Position numbers and translations under genes: made by a program | Source: Opitutales bacterium | Lineage (GTDB): Bacteria > Verrucomicrobiota > Verrucomicrobiia > Opitutales > PNEW01 | Length of the DNA stretch: 64,000 nt | Direction of reading: 5' to 3' | Assembly: GCA_965197745.1 (NCBI GenBank) | Contig: CBDANS010000004.1 | Location: forward strand, 128,001-192,000 | Shown here: positions 50,525-60,202 of the stretch, piece by piece | Layout: every line of letters begins with the position of its first letter | Position numbering within the stretch: the first letter of the stretch is position 1 | The notes under the pieces: model-generated | What the model was told of the DNA's origin: nothing | The model's database searches: none | Seen by the model: the letters and a program-made list of their open reading frames with translations, nothing else

Positions 50525-51607
50525 TTACTCAAAGAATATAGTACCCTGCGACGTCTTGCTTTCAGGATGGTCCTCTTCCCAATAGACGTCACGCGTCAGT
50601 TCTTCAGTGGGTGGATTAGGGCTTTCATCAGCATATATGGCCGCATCTTCAGCTTCCTTGTGTGCTTCTTCTTCCATTGCTTTAGCCATATTCTCGTCGA
50701 TTACAGCTTCTTTCTCCAGCTGATGATAAAATAAGGTAATAGGGTCTTTTGTTTTACGATATTCTTCGATTTCTTCTTTTGATCGATAACTTAAACCTGT
50801 ATCTGAGACTGAGTGACCGCGGTAACGGTAGGTATCCATCTCCAACAGGGTGGGGCGGCTTTCTTCACGTGCGCGTTTCATGGCCATAAAGGTTTTCACG
50901 CGAACCTCGTAAAGGTTATTGCCGTTACAGGTATCCCATGCCATGTCGACGGTTTCAGCACGCTTGGCCAGTGGCATGCCAATGGAGTGACGTTCTACAC
51001 TCGTGCCCATCGAATATCGGTTGTTTTCTATGATATAGACAACGGGGAGATCCCATAGTGAGGCGAGATTGAGAGATTCGTAAAAGGGTCCCTGATTAGT
51101 TGCACCATCACCCAAAAAGCATAGACAGCATCCTTTTTTATTTTCATATTTCAGAGCGAAAGCGATACCAGCGCCGAGGGGGACTTGCCCGGCAACAATA
51201 CCATGGCCACCCCAGTAATTTTTATCGGGAGCGAAAAAATGCATGGATCCGCCTTTGCCTTTCGAACATCCGGTGTATTTTCCATATAGCTCAGCCATAC
51301 ATTCATTCATGCTCATACCTAAGGTCAGGGCGTAGCCATGATCGCGATAGGCAGTGATCAGGTGGTCTTCCCTATCCATGACCGATTTAACGCCCACGGC
51401 TATGGCTTCCTGCCCGGAGTAGAGATGAAGAAATCCTGCGATTTTACCCTGTTGATAAGAATGAAGTGAGCGGTCTTCGAAATGACGTATACGCAACATC
51501 TGGCGGTAAAACGCTGCTTTTTCTTCAGCGGTCAGCCGGGCATTGATAGCATCGCTCGCGAAACGGCATACACCGGATTCATCCAGCGATTCTGTCGTAT
51601 TTTCCAT
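50525..51607 (-). CDS. pdhA: Pyruvate dehydrogenase E1 alpha
   Basis: GFLHLYSGQEA, GKGGSMH, GDGA..ENN, TYRYRGHS. Confidence 0.93.
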   Translation of the reverse strand: MENTTESLDESGVCRFASDAINARLTAEEKAAFYRQMLRIRHFEDRSLHSYQQGKIAGFLHLYSGQEAIAVGVKSVMDREDHLITAYRDHGYALTLGMSMNECMAELYGKYTGCSKGKGGSMHFFAPDKNYWGGHGIVAGQVPLGAGIAFALKYENKKGCCLCFLGDGATNQGPFYESLNLASLWDLPVVYIIENNRYSMGTSVERHSIGMPLAKRAETVDMAWDTCNGNNLYEVRVKTFMAMKRAREESRPTLLEMDTYRYRGHSVSDTGLSYRSKEEIEEYRKTKDPITLFYHQLEKEAVIDENMAKAMEEEAHKEAEDAAIYADESPNPPTEELTRDVYWEEDHPESKTSQGTIFFE

Positions 51608-51716
51608 AATATTTTCGTTACTCTATCCTCAACGGGTACAATGAGGAGTGAAATTAGAAGATGAGAATTAAAAAGGCATACATCGCCTTTTTTGCAAGAG
51701 ACAGATAATGGACTAT

Positions 51717-52214
51717 CTATTGCAATTCTTCAATGATTATTTCCAATTTCTTTCCGGGAATACAATCTGCTCTCATTGCTACAAATCGTTGTCTGTAATG
51801 AAAATAGATATCCCATAAACTGTCACGATCCGTTTCCGGGATGGGGATTTCCTTAATTTTTTCCGGTTCAAAAAAAGCGAATATCCCCTCCTCAATGGTA
51901 TCGGGCAAGTCCTGAATCGGACGAAGACAATCAAAGAGAAACATCAGCCAATGACCTGTCCCTTCGTAGCTTTTCTCGCTGATGATGGCAAAGAGATGAA
52001 GGTCTTTTTCGCTGATCTCAAGTTTTATTTCCTCGTGAGCCTCGCGGATAGCACATTCGAATGGACTTTCCCCCAGATCCATATTGAGCTTGCCGCCGAT
52101 GGGGCTCCACAATCCCTGATTAGGCATTTTGTTGCGCTGTATTAAAAGCAACTGGCCCACATGATTGCGGACAAAGATGAGTGTGCTGATGCGAAAGGGA
52201 AGGTTACTGGCCAT
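51717..52214 (-). CDS. NUDIX hydrolase
   Basis: GGKLNMDLGESPFECAIREAHEE Nudix box. Confidence 0.88.
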   Translation of the reverse strand: MASNLPFRISTLIFVRNHVGQLLLIQRNKMPNQGLWSPIGGKLNMDLGESPFECAIREAHEEIKLEISEKDLHLFAIISEKSYEGTGHWLMFLFDCLRPIQDLPDTIEEGIFAFFEPEKIKEIPIPETDRDSLWDIYFHYRQRFVAMRADCIPGKKLEIIIEELQ

Positions 52215-52269
52215 TTCGTCCTTGCTCTACAACAAGGATAGGGATGGAGAGCAAGAACTTTTCACTTCT

Positions 52270-53640
52270 TTAACCACTCCTTTCCAGAAAATGAGTTTTC
52301 CCCTCAACGGCGTACTTCATGGAGGCCTGCATGATAGTGTCGAGTCCGAAGCGGTTGTTAATCTTATCCATGGCAAAATACATCCGAGCTAATTTCTCGT
52401 CTTCGCGAAAGAAAAGTTCGAGCTGGTTGTTTTCATTCATTTCAACGGTATGGAGTCCGATCCCGCGTATCTTATGCCCTTCTCGAAGGAATCTCGCAAA
52501 TAACGGCTTGGCGATTTCGAGGCAGGCCTTCAGCACATAATCATCCAGGTTTGTCAGCCCTTCGGTCGCAAAGCTAAACGAAATTCCCTCCCAAGTGTTG
52601 TCCTGAAAGCGGATATACCCTCCGTACTTCTCTGCCTTCCGGTTATAGCCCCGCATGCGATAGCACAATTGCCGAACGGCTTTGGCGATTTCTCCCCTCA
52701 GCCTCGGGATCTCGACCGTCCAGTCAGAAAAAGTGTGCATGTAAGTAATCTCCCGAGGAATGTGTTCAGAGGTGTCCATCACCTTCGCGCAATCTTTGCC
52801 GCAGGTTGTTTCAAAAAGTATTTTGCCGAAATAGGCTCCAAAGAGTTTTTGGAATACTCCCGGTCCCCGCTCGACGGCATCCCGGATCGTTTCGACACCC
52901 TCGTTCTTAAGTTTTTTGTAACGCCTATGCCCGATTCCCCAAACCTCATCGAGGGGAAACGGGTAGAGAAATCGGGCAGCCTCCTCTGTGTTCAGGACTA
53001 TCGTCAGGCCATCAGGTTTATGCAGGTCGGAGGCGAGTTTGGCGTAGGTCTTTGAAAAAGAAATCCCCACCGAACAGATCAGTTTTGTTTTGCCGTAGAT
53101 GGCATTTTTTAAACGCATGCCAAAGGCGGCGATTTCCCGACGATCCCGCTCGAGGAGAAAACTTACCTCAAGGAAATACTCGTCCATGGAATAAGCCTCT
53201 ACTTCATAGGCAAAGGTGCTCAGCACGGCATTAATCTCACGGGAAATCGCCTGGTATTTTTCGTAATGGACCTGCAGGGGAACAATGTAGGGACAGATCT
53301 GACCGGCTTCGTAGGCGCTCATCCCTGTTTTAATTCCCAATTTACGCGCTTCATAACTGGAAGTGGCGACAATCCCTCTCATGATCCCATTGCCCTTGCG
53401 CCAACCACCGATAATCAGGGGAATGCCGTAAAGGTTATAGCACTGTTGCTCTACCTGGGCGTAAAAACAGTCCATGTCCATGTGAAGATACAGCCGCTTT
53501 CGCTGATTGCCGGGATGCTGATGAGCGGAGGCAACGGTGTTATAAAGGGTCATCCGGTGGACATTGCGCTTTAAGTCATAGTCGCCGGTGGACTGCCAGG
53601 TATTAAAAAAATTGGCTTTTTTTTGGGTAAATGCTTGCAT
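52270..53640 (-). CDS. dinB: Y-family DNA polymerase (Pol IV/DinB-like)
   Basis: HMDMDCFYAQVE, SYEAR, SMDE, AKLASDLHKPDG, QLELF clamp motif, DKINNRFG. Confidence 0.9.
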   Translation of the reverse strand: MQAFTQKKANFFNTWQSTGDYDLKRNVHRMTLYNTVASAHQHPGNQRKRLYLHMDMDCFYAQVEQQCYNLYGIPLIIGGWRKGNGIMRGIVATSSYEARKLGIKTGMSAYEAGQICPYIVPLQVHYEKYQAISREINAVLSTFAYEVEAYSMDEYFLEVSFLLERDRREIAAFGMRLKNAIYGKTKLICSVGISFSKTYAKLASDLHKPDGLTIVLNTEEAARFLYPFPLDEVWGIGHRRYKKLKNEGVETIRDAVERGPGVFQKLFGAYFGKILFETTCGKDCAKVMDTSEHIPREITYMHTFSDWTVEIPRLRGEIAKAVRQLCYRMRGYNRKAEKYGGYIRFQDNTWEGISFSFATEGLTNLDDYVLKACLEIAKPLFARFLREGHKIRGIGLHTVEMNENNQLELFFREDEKLARMYFAMDKINNRFGLDTIMQASMKYAVEGKTHFLERSG

Positions 53641-53642
53641 CG

Positions 53643-53671
53643 TTAATAGATGAACATATGTTCACTATTAA
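53643..53671. promoter_or_regulatory. Palindromic operator (GAAC-N4-GTTC SOS-box-like) in the divergent dinB promoter
   Basis: TTAATAG-A-TGAACATATGTTCA-CTATTAA; overlaps minus-strand TTGACC-16-TATGTT. Confidence 0.65.
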
Positions 53672-53682
53672 TAAGGTCAAGC

Positions 53683-53973
53683 ATGCACAATACGCAAGTG
53701 AGGAAAATCAATGTCACGGCTTTATTTGCCGCCTTTAAAACCGGTGATATCAAACGGCGTGTCACGCCGTTAAGCTTTACGCTGCCCACGGGGGAAGACC
53801 ATAGAATCACGGCCGTCCGCAGAAGTTATACTGATAAAGTCGGCACCAGCGAGCATCTGCACTTTGTCGTTCAAACGCGGGGTCAACGCTACTTCGACAT
53901 TGTCTTCGACACCAGAAAAATATCCTGGTGGCTGGTCATTGAAATAGAAGATCCGATGATTTTTCATGAATAA
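53683..53973 (+). CDS. Small protein, likely Y-polymerase accessory factor
   Basis: INVTALF..TPLSF....HRITAV pattern resembles small genes found next to PolY genes; lies between dinB and SRAP. Confidence 0.55.
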   Translation: MHNTQVRKINVTALFAAFKTGDIKRRVTPLSFTLPTGEDHRITAVRRSYTDKVGTSEHLHFVVQTRGQRYFDIVFDTRKISWWLVIEIEDPMIFHE

Positions 53974-54040
53974 GACAAAGACGATAGCGGACCGAGTTGG
54001 GGCTGGACTTGATCCTGCCGACGACACACAGTAATTTGCC

Positions 54041-54787
54041 ATGTGCGGGCGCTACACCTTAACCGCGAAGAAGGAAGAATTAGTGCGAAAGTTTCTTCTT
54101 ACACAGATAGCGGAAGAACTAATGAAGGATCTCAAGCCCCGTTACAACATTGCACCGAGTCAAACAACACTGGCCGTAAGACAGTCGCCTGAGCATGGGG
54201 AGAAAGAAATCGGGGCGTTTACCTGGGGGCTTGTTCCCTTCTGGGCCAAGGATCCAAAAATCGGCTACAAAATGATTAACGCCCGTTCCGAAACAGCGGC
54301 GGAAAAACCGGCCTTCCGTGCGGCGATGAAATCCCGGCGCTGCCTCATCCCGGTGAGCGGTTTCTATGAGTGGCAGCGACAGGAGAAGAGCAGGCATAAA
54401 CAGCCCTATTATTTTTCGACAGCTTCGGGAGATCTTTTTGCCATGGCCGGACTATGGGAGTACTGGAAAAGCCCGGAGGGATCGGTCATTGTCTCGTGTA
54501 GTATTCTTACTACTTCGGCAAATGAAATAATGGAACCGGTCCACCATCGCATGCCCGTTATTATTGGCGAGGAGAACTATGATTGCTGGCTCGACCCTGA
54601 AGAAAAAAATCCGGAAAAACTGAAGTCACTGTTTAAACCTTTCCCCGGTAAACATATGACTTGCGTCCCGATCTCTACACTTGTGAACAGTCCGAAAAAC
54701 GATGCTCCCGATCTGTTATTGGAAGTAGATCTTAAAACAGGGGATTTTAAAAATCCACCCCGTGATGACCTTTTCCATGTTCAGTGA
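54041..54787 (+). CDS. SOS response-associated peptidase (SRAP/YedK/HMCES family)
   Basis: MCGRY, RYNIAP, WGLVP, INARSE, FYEW, HHRMP. Confidence 0.93.
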   Translation: MCGRYTLTAKKEELVRKFLLTQIAEELMKDLKPRYNIAPSQTTLAVRQSPEHGEKEIGAFTWGLVPFWAKDPKIGYKMINARSETAAEKPAFRAAMKSRRCLIPVSGFYEWQRQEKSRHKQPYYFSTASGDLFAMAGLWEYWKSPEGSVIVSCSILTTSANEIMEPVHHRMPVIIGEENYDCWLDPEEKNPEKLKSLFKPFPGKHMTCVPISTLVNSPKNDAPDLLLEVDLKTGDFKNPPRDDLFHVQ

Positions 54788-54988
54788 TACGGAGGTCCGC
54801 TTTTTTTTCTGCCGGGTTTAACAGCTCTGGAGAAGCCCACTGTCGATGAACAGGTTCTGATTGATGAGATTAGCACTGCATCAACTAAGAACTGATCATG
54901 CTCCCGAACTGTTTCAGCTCAATGCCCGGAACATTATGCGTCATCCCACTGGGCTCGACATCCATACCAATCGGGTATAACTTAAAAT

Positions 54989-55333
54989 ATGCCTCACCTG
55001 AAAATTCACACCAATATCGATGTAGACGAAGACCATCGCCATAACATTCTTCATAAGTCATCCGGGTTAGTAGCGGGAGAACTGGGTAAACCGGAAGATT
55101 TAGTGATGATAACGATTAAGCCATCAGCTCATATGATTTTTGCCGGGACCCGGGACCCGGTAGCCTTTCTTGAATTAACCAGTGTGGGACTGCCGGCTAA
55201 GAAAACAAAAGAACTTTCCCGCGTCCTCTGTAAATTGATTGAGTCCGAACTCAATATTCAAAAAGATCGTGTTTACGTTAAGTTTATAGACGTCAATCAC
55301 AGTATGTGGGGTTGGAAGGGCGATACTTTTTAA
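54989..55333 (+). CDS. MIF/phenylpyruvate tautomerase family protein
   Basis: N-terminal catalytic Pro (MPHLKIHTN), LGKPE, RVYVKF, WGWKGDTF. Confidence 0.88.
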   Translation: MPHLKIHTNIDVDEDHRHNILHKSSGLVAGELGKPEDLVMITIKPSAHMIFAGTRDPVAFLELTSVGLPAKKTKELSRVLCKLIESELNIQKDRVYVKFIDVNHSMWGWKGDTF

Positions 55334-55394
55334 AGGGAAATAATTTAGCGTTACATTGGGCTCATCAATTAATCTTTGTTCTTGTCACCGTTAT

Positions 55395-55421
55395 AAAAAT
55401 GGCAATCCGGGTTGGGTTGCC
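55395..55421 (-). terminator. Putative Rho-independent terminator
   Basis: ggcaaccc/ggattgcc stem followed by ATTTTT on the minus strand. Confidence 0.5.
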
Positions 55422-55541
55422 GCGCATCTACATTTACCTCACAATCAGACACCTTGACAGGCAGTAAACGGCCGTAGGGACTCGAACAGAGACGAAGTGT
55501 TTCGATACTACGCCCTTTCAGGGTAGCAATAAACAACGCCG

Positions 55542-56021
55542 TTAATTTTTAGTGGGTTCTTCCGCTTCAATTTCATTATCATCCAGTTCTGATCGCCCAA
55601 ACATGTAATAATCAAGTGATAACAAACCCGGTCCATAAACGAAAATGAGTATGAGTAGAATGAGTACGAGGGAGGAAAATTCCAATGATTGGCCTAGAGC
55701 GATAAGCCCTTCTTCCCAATGAACAAAAAATACAGCGCCCAAAAGGACGGGGATTTGGATGAGCGCAGCGAGGCGGGTAAGAAGCCCAAGAGTGAGAAAA
55801 GCACCGCCACATAAATGAGCGAAGATAACATAATCGAGAATCCAGGAAGGCCAGCTTCTGTCATAGGCATCCAATAATATGGCGGTTGTTGGATGACCGG
55901 AAGGGGTAAACTGAATTAACCCCCGCAATAAAAGAATGAGGCCTAAATAAATGCGGATAAATTCAAACCCATATTCTTTATGAGAATTGAGCCATCGGAA
56001 AATATTTTTTAGGCGATTCAC
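55542..56021 (-). CDS. DoxX family membrane protein
   Basis: IRIYLG, GLLTRLAA, GPGLLSLD. Confidence 0.85.
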   Translation of the reverse strand: MNRLKNIFRWLNSHKEYGFEFIRIYLGLILLLRGLIQFTPSGHPTTAILLDAYDRSWPSWILDYVIFAHLCGGAFLTLGLLTRLAALIQIPVLLGAVFFVHWEEGLIALGQSLEFSSLVLILLILIFVYGPGLLSLDYYMFGRSELDDNEIEAEEPTKN

Positions 56022-56206
56022 AAATTATTCCCTCCCTGAGTTGTAATATGCCAATTAGGATAATGTTATTTCAACCTTCTCTATTAAAAGAGTATGGCAT
56101 TGATCGTATTTCGCAACTTTAGACATTATATATTTTGAAGGTTGAGATGATTTCACATCGCACTTCAATTACGCGAGCGTTTGGCAGAAATTTATTAGGG
56201 GAGGTC

Positions 56207-57139
56207 TTAATGATTTTTGGTCAGCCGAACTATCATATCATCCGCCATTGCCTCGAGACCGTATTTAGGTGACCAACCCCAGTCTCTGCGGGCTGAGGTA
56301 TCTTCTATTTCATCCGGCCAGTTTTCTACTATCGTATCGACCTCCTCGCTGGGCTCGTAATAAATCTCTACATCTTTAACGCGTTTGCATACCGCACGGG
56401 CGATTTCCTCAGCGGTTGGTGATATAGCGTGGACATTATAGACCTGTTTAGTTAATTGCTCAGGGGGTGCTTTCAATAGATCGCTAATTCCGTTTATGGC
56501 GTCATGCACGTACATTAATGAAGCACGGGTATGAGGATTGACTTTAAAGGTGTAGCGTCTCTGCTCGACAGCTTCGACAAACACCCGCGAGGCATAAGAA
56601 CTGGCAGCTCCAGCAGGAGAGAAGGGTGAAACGACGACGGGGAGTCGAAGACAGCGAAAATCCAGTCCGTGCTGGCGATGGTAATAGACTCCGAGGCGTT
56701 CGATGGCCAATTTAGTTACACCGTAAAGACCATCTGACCATTGGGGCGTGTCCTCGGTAAGATAACTTGGCAGTTTGCCGCCATAAGAGGCCAGCGAGCT
56801 GGGAAAAAAGAACCGCTCGACTCCGAATTCCAGAGCGAGTTCAAAGAGGGCAAAGGCGCCATCCATGTTTACTTCCCAGGCCATTTGACGATTCATTTCA
56901 GAACTACCGCTTAAAAGAGAGGCAAAGTGGACAATTGAATGGGGACGATGCCGCTGTAAAATCTGGCGAAGGTGTTCTTTATCGTTAAGATTTCCCTGAA
57001 CATAGACGCAATTTTCAGCGGTGTGGGTAACGGGTTCTTTGGCAATATCCATGAGGATAATCTGATTGCTAAAACCCTTCATTTCAAATGTGAGTTGGCA
57101 GGCGAGATTACCGGCACCTCCGGTTATTAAGACAGTCAT
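56207..57139 (-). CDS. NAD-dependent epimerase/dehydratase (L-threonine dehydrogenase-like extended SDR)
   Basis: ITGGAGNL, FPSS, YGVTK, DFRCLRLP, ARRDWGW. Confidence 0.8.
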   Translation of the reverse strand: MTVLITGGAGNLACQLTFEMKGFSNQIILMDIAKEPVTHTAENCVYVQGNLNDKEHLRQILQRHRPHSIVHFASLLSGSSEMNRQMAWEVNMDGAFALFELALEFGVERFFFPSSLASYGGKLPSYLTEDTPQWSDGLYGVTKLAIERLGVYYHRQHGLDFRCLRLPVVVSPFSPAGAASSYASRVFVEAVEQRRYTFKVNPHTRASLMYVHDAINGISDLLKAPPEQLTKQVYNVHAISPTAEEIARAVCKRVKDVEIYYEPSEEVDTIVENWPDEIEDTSARRDWGWSPKYGLEAMADDMIVRLTKNH

Positions 57140-57140
57140 T

Positions 57141-58418
57141 TTATAGAGATTCTCCGTCCGGCTTTAATTGACAATCGAGGAAGATCAGAGGCTCATTGCC
57201 GGTTGCCCTCAGTGTCGCTTCGATGCCTGAAGGAATACCAAAGTGATCATGGGCTTCTATGGCTTGTTCTATTCCAGCCATCTTGATCATACCCGAGCCG
57301 CGCACAATTGAGACCGCGTTAAAGCTTCGTTCTTTCATTGCCATTCCGCTTTGAGTGGTGCGCCCTACACATAACTCTAACCCCCCGACACCATTTCGGG
57401 CTGTTGCCGAGGCCGGGATTATACGATAATGACAATTTCCGTGGCGATGAGCAGCTTTCTCTAGCTCGCGCTCTAAAAAAATTGTCTGATTCATCTGCCT
57501 GCTCTGAACACGCACTTCTTTCATCGTTTTAAAATCATAGGGGCGTGGTTCTACGTCAAGAAATACACCCCACCCGCCATGCTTCAGTGAACCGAAAATA
57601 AACGGGACGTTATGCATATGGGGGGAGTCATTTACATATCCGTGCCGTGTTTCTGGTGGAATAGGCATGGCGTATCCCTCCTCAACGAGGGCGTAATAAT
57701 CACCCAGTATCGTATAGCCTCGCATCGGGTTGTAACCGAGATGGATTTCCACCCCTTCATGGTGTAAATGAGTTGGCACATCACAGCGCTCGACATCACC
57801 CAACCACGCCAGAGCCCAACTGTGATAGTCACCATAGATGAGCGGGACGATGGTTATACCGAGGTTGGGAACAATAAAACTTGCTTGTTCGGGAACTTCA
57901 TTATCTCTGGTTAGTTCGATGCCATTGCAATTGCGGATGGTGTTCATTACTTCAATAAAGCGTTGGGCAAGCTGGTCTACTTCATTATTGCTGCTGGCTG
58001 AAGCGTCTTCGACCATCGCTTCAATCACGCGGTGGATCAAAGTATCGTAACGATGCAAGGTTGATATAAGCGCACGGAAATCTTCAGGAACCGGATCCAT
58101 CGACTGATTGGCTAAATCGGTCAGCATCGCGGAAGCGTTGTGTCTATGCACCATGGCGACTTCATTGCTGCTCGCTGGCTTTTGATCCAGTAAATCACGC
58201 GTGGCGTGAAAGGCTCCGATTGTATGTCGGCGAAAAGCATAACAATAAAGGCGCGCCAACGAGATGTCCTCTTCGCTGATTCCGCGAGGGCTGCGCCCTT
58301 GAGCATGGCTTTCTTTAGCTTTGTCGATTAACCTCGCGTAATTGGTATGTGCGAAAAGTTTTATTTTATGCTTATCAGCGATGACCATGAATGAAAGTGT
58401 AATTCTCGTAAATAGCAA
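57141..58418 (-). CDS. Uncharacterised bicupin-containing protein
   Basis: HLHHEGVEIH and IPPETRHG cupin metal motifs; second degenerate cupin at the C-terminus. Confidence 0.7.
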   Translation of the reverse strand: MLFTRITLSFMVIADKHKIKLFAHTNYARLIDKAKESHAQGRSPRGISEEDISLARLYCYAFRRHTIGAFHATRDLLDQKPASSNEVAMVHRHNASAMLTDLANQSMDPVPEDFRALISTLHRYDTLIHRVIEAMVEDASASSNNEVDQLAQRFIEVMNTIRNCNGIELTRDNEVPEQASFIVPNLGITIVPLIYGDYHSWALAWLGDVERCDVPTHLHHEGVEIHLGYNPMRGYTILGDYYALVEEGYAMPIPPETRHGYVNDSPHMHNVPFIFGSLKHGGWGVFLDVEPRPYDFKTMKEVRVQSRQMNQTIFLERELEKAAHRHGNCHYRIIPASATARNGVGGLELCVGRTTQSGMAMKERSFNAVSIVRGSGMIKMAGIEQAIEAHDHFGIPSGIEATLRATGNEPLIFLDCQLKPDGESL

Positions 58419-58448
58419 TTAATTCAAATTGAGTGAAAGCCCGGTTTA

Positions 58449-59291
58449 TTATAGATAATGATTCTTTATTTCATGGACTATGCAATCTTTTGCTTCCTCA
58501 ACGGAATCTATAATTTTGAATAGCAACAAATCCTCTTCAGAAATAACACCCCATTTAATCAGGTTTTCGAAATTTATGATATCATGCCAAAACTCAGAAC
58601 CAAATAAAACAATGGGTATGAATTTATTTGTTTTACGGGTCTGAAGTAAAGTAAGCATTTCGAACAGCTCATCTAAAGTCCCGAAACCGCCTGGAAATAC
58701 AATTAAAGCTTTGGCGAGGTAGAGAAACCAGAATTTGCGAATAAAAAAATAATGAAACTCAAACCCAAGTTCCTTCGTGATAAAAGGGTTTAAATCCTGT
58801 TCAAAGGGCAAACTTATTCCCAAAGCAATCGATTTTCCCGCGGCAAATGTAGCCCCTCGATTTGCTGCTTCCATTATTCCCGGTCCGCCTCCGGAACATA
58901 TGTAGAAACGATTATTCGGGTCTTCAATGGTGTGCGACCACTCGGTCAAAGTTTGAGACAAATTTAGAGCGGCATCGTAGTATTTCGCGTTTTCATTCTG
59001 TTGCTCGGCTCTGTGCAAGCGATTGTTTTGCTCCTTTGTAGGTATATCAGTTTTAGCAATTTCCTTTTTAATATTTTCTAAATCACGGTTTACCTGTTCC
59101 GGATCTTGAATTCGGGATGAGCCAAACATAACGATGGTGTTATGCACGCCATACTTCTGAAGTCGCTGTTCGGTTTCTAATAGTTCACACTGGACCCGAA
59201 TCGACCTTGCGATTGCGCTATTTATAAATTCGTGGTTATTATAGGCTTTTACCATAGACTTTTCAGATATTTTATTATTTTTATTTTTCAT
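58449..59291 (-). CDS. LOG family protein (nucleotide phosphoribohydrolase-like)
   Basis: SGGGPGIMEAANRGA, FHYFFIRK, PGGFGTLDE. Confidence 0.9.
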   Translation of the reverse strand: MKNKNNKISEKSMVKAYNNHEFINSAIARSIRVQCELLETEQRLQKYGVHNTIVMFGSSRIQDPEQVNRDLENIKKEIAKTDIPTKEQNNRLHRAEQQNENAKYYDAALNLSQTLTEWSHTIEDPNNRFYICSGGGPGIMEAANRGATFAAGKSIALGISLPFEQDLNPFITKELGFEFHYFFIRKFWFLYLAKALIVFPGGFGTLDELFEMLTLLQTRKTNKFIPIVLFGSEFWHDIINFENLIKWGVISEEDLLLFKIIDSVEEAKDCIVHEIKNHYL

Positions 59292-59538
59292 TTATTAACG
59301 GGTTCACAGGCAGAAAATAACTGATTTAAGTAAGTAATTATTGAAGGAATCTGCAATGTCATTGGGATATTGCTTCCCCATCAGTTCTCAAGTATTACAT
59401 GCTCAATAAAGGGAATCCGGGCGGTGAAGACAATATCAGCGAGGCTTCGCCACAGCAGGTATTTAAGGTCAGAGAACGGTTCTTTCTGACAGGGGCAATA
59501 GCTTATTGCGAATTATCCCAGTTGCCCCTTTCGCACAT

Positions 59539-60009
59539 TCAAGGAGAAGGGGAGGAGGCCTTTTCTTTCCTTCCTTCGCCAAAAACGTAGTAATCCAAAG
59601 ATAAACGGCCTGATCCTATAACAAAAAATAAAATGAGTAAAAAAAGAACGAGAGCAGAAAATTCGAGAGATTGACCCAGAGAAAAAAGGCCTTCATGCCA
59701 GTGAATGAGAAAGACAGCGCCAGCGAGAACGGGAATTTGCACAAATGCCGATATACGCGTCAGCAAACCAACGGCGAGCAGTGCGCCGCCACATAAATGG
59801 GCGATCATCACGTAGTGTAAGATTAATGCGGGGACACCCCAACTGTTATCCATATTTAATATCAAGTCGGAGGTTGTGGACCTCCCGGATGATGTGAATT
59901 GGATAACTCCTCTAACTAATAAGCCGATGCCGAGATAGATGCGAAGGATATCGACACCATAATCTCTGCGCGCATTAACCCATTCAAGTACTTTTATTGG
60001 ACTACTCAT
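59539..60009 (-). CDS. DoxX family membrane protein (paralog of 55542-56021)
   Basis: LRIYLG, AHLCGG, LGQSLEFS, GSGRLSLDYY. Confidence 0.85.
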   Translation of the reverse strand: MSSPIKVLEWVNARRDYGVDILRIYLGIGLLVRGVIQFTSSGRSTTSDLILNMDNSWGVPALILHYVMIAHLCGGALLAVGLLTRISAFVQIPVLAGAVFLIHWHEGLFSLGQSLEFSALVLFLLILFFVIGSGRLSLDYYVFGEGRKEKASSPSP

Positions 60010-60202
60010 AATAAATCCCTATCATTATTCTGAATTAGACAGCAATATAATAACGGTATAACAGCGACTGCTCTTGCTTAGATTTTAATGAATATTTCTG
60101 CCATTGCAAACGATTGTGATGGATAGTGGAAAATGTTTTCCAGATTAATCTTCAATCACGTATAATTTGACAGATATTGCCGGAATGCATAAAGGCTTTG
60201 GA

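Noticed and set aside
53650..53682. ATG 53650 as start of the small accessory gene
   Set aside because: It lies inside the operator palindrome, 10 nt from the divergent dinB start; ATG 53683 after AAGG is more plausible
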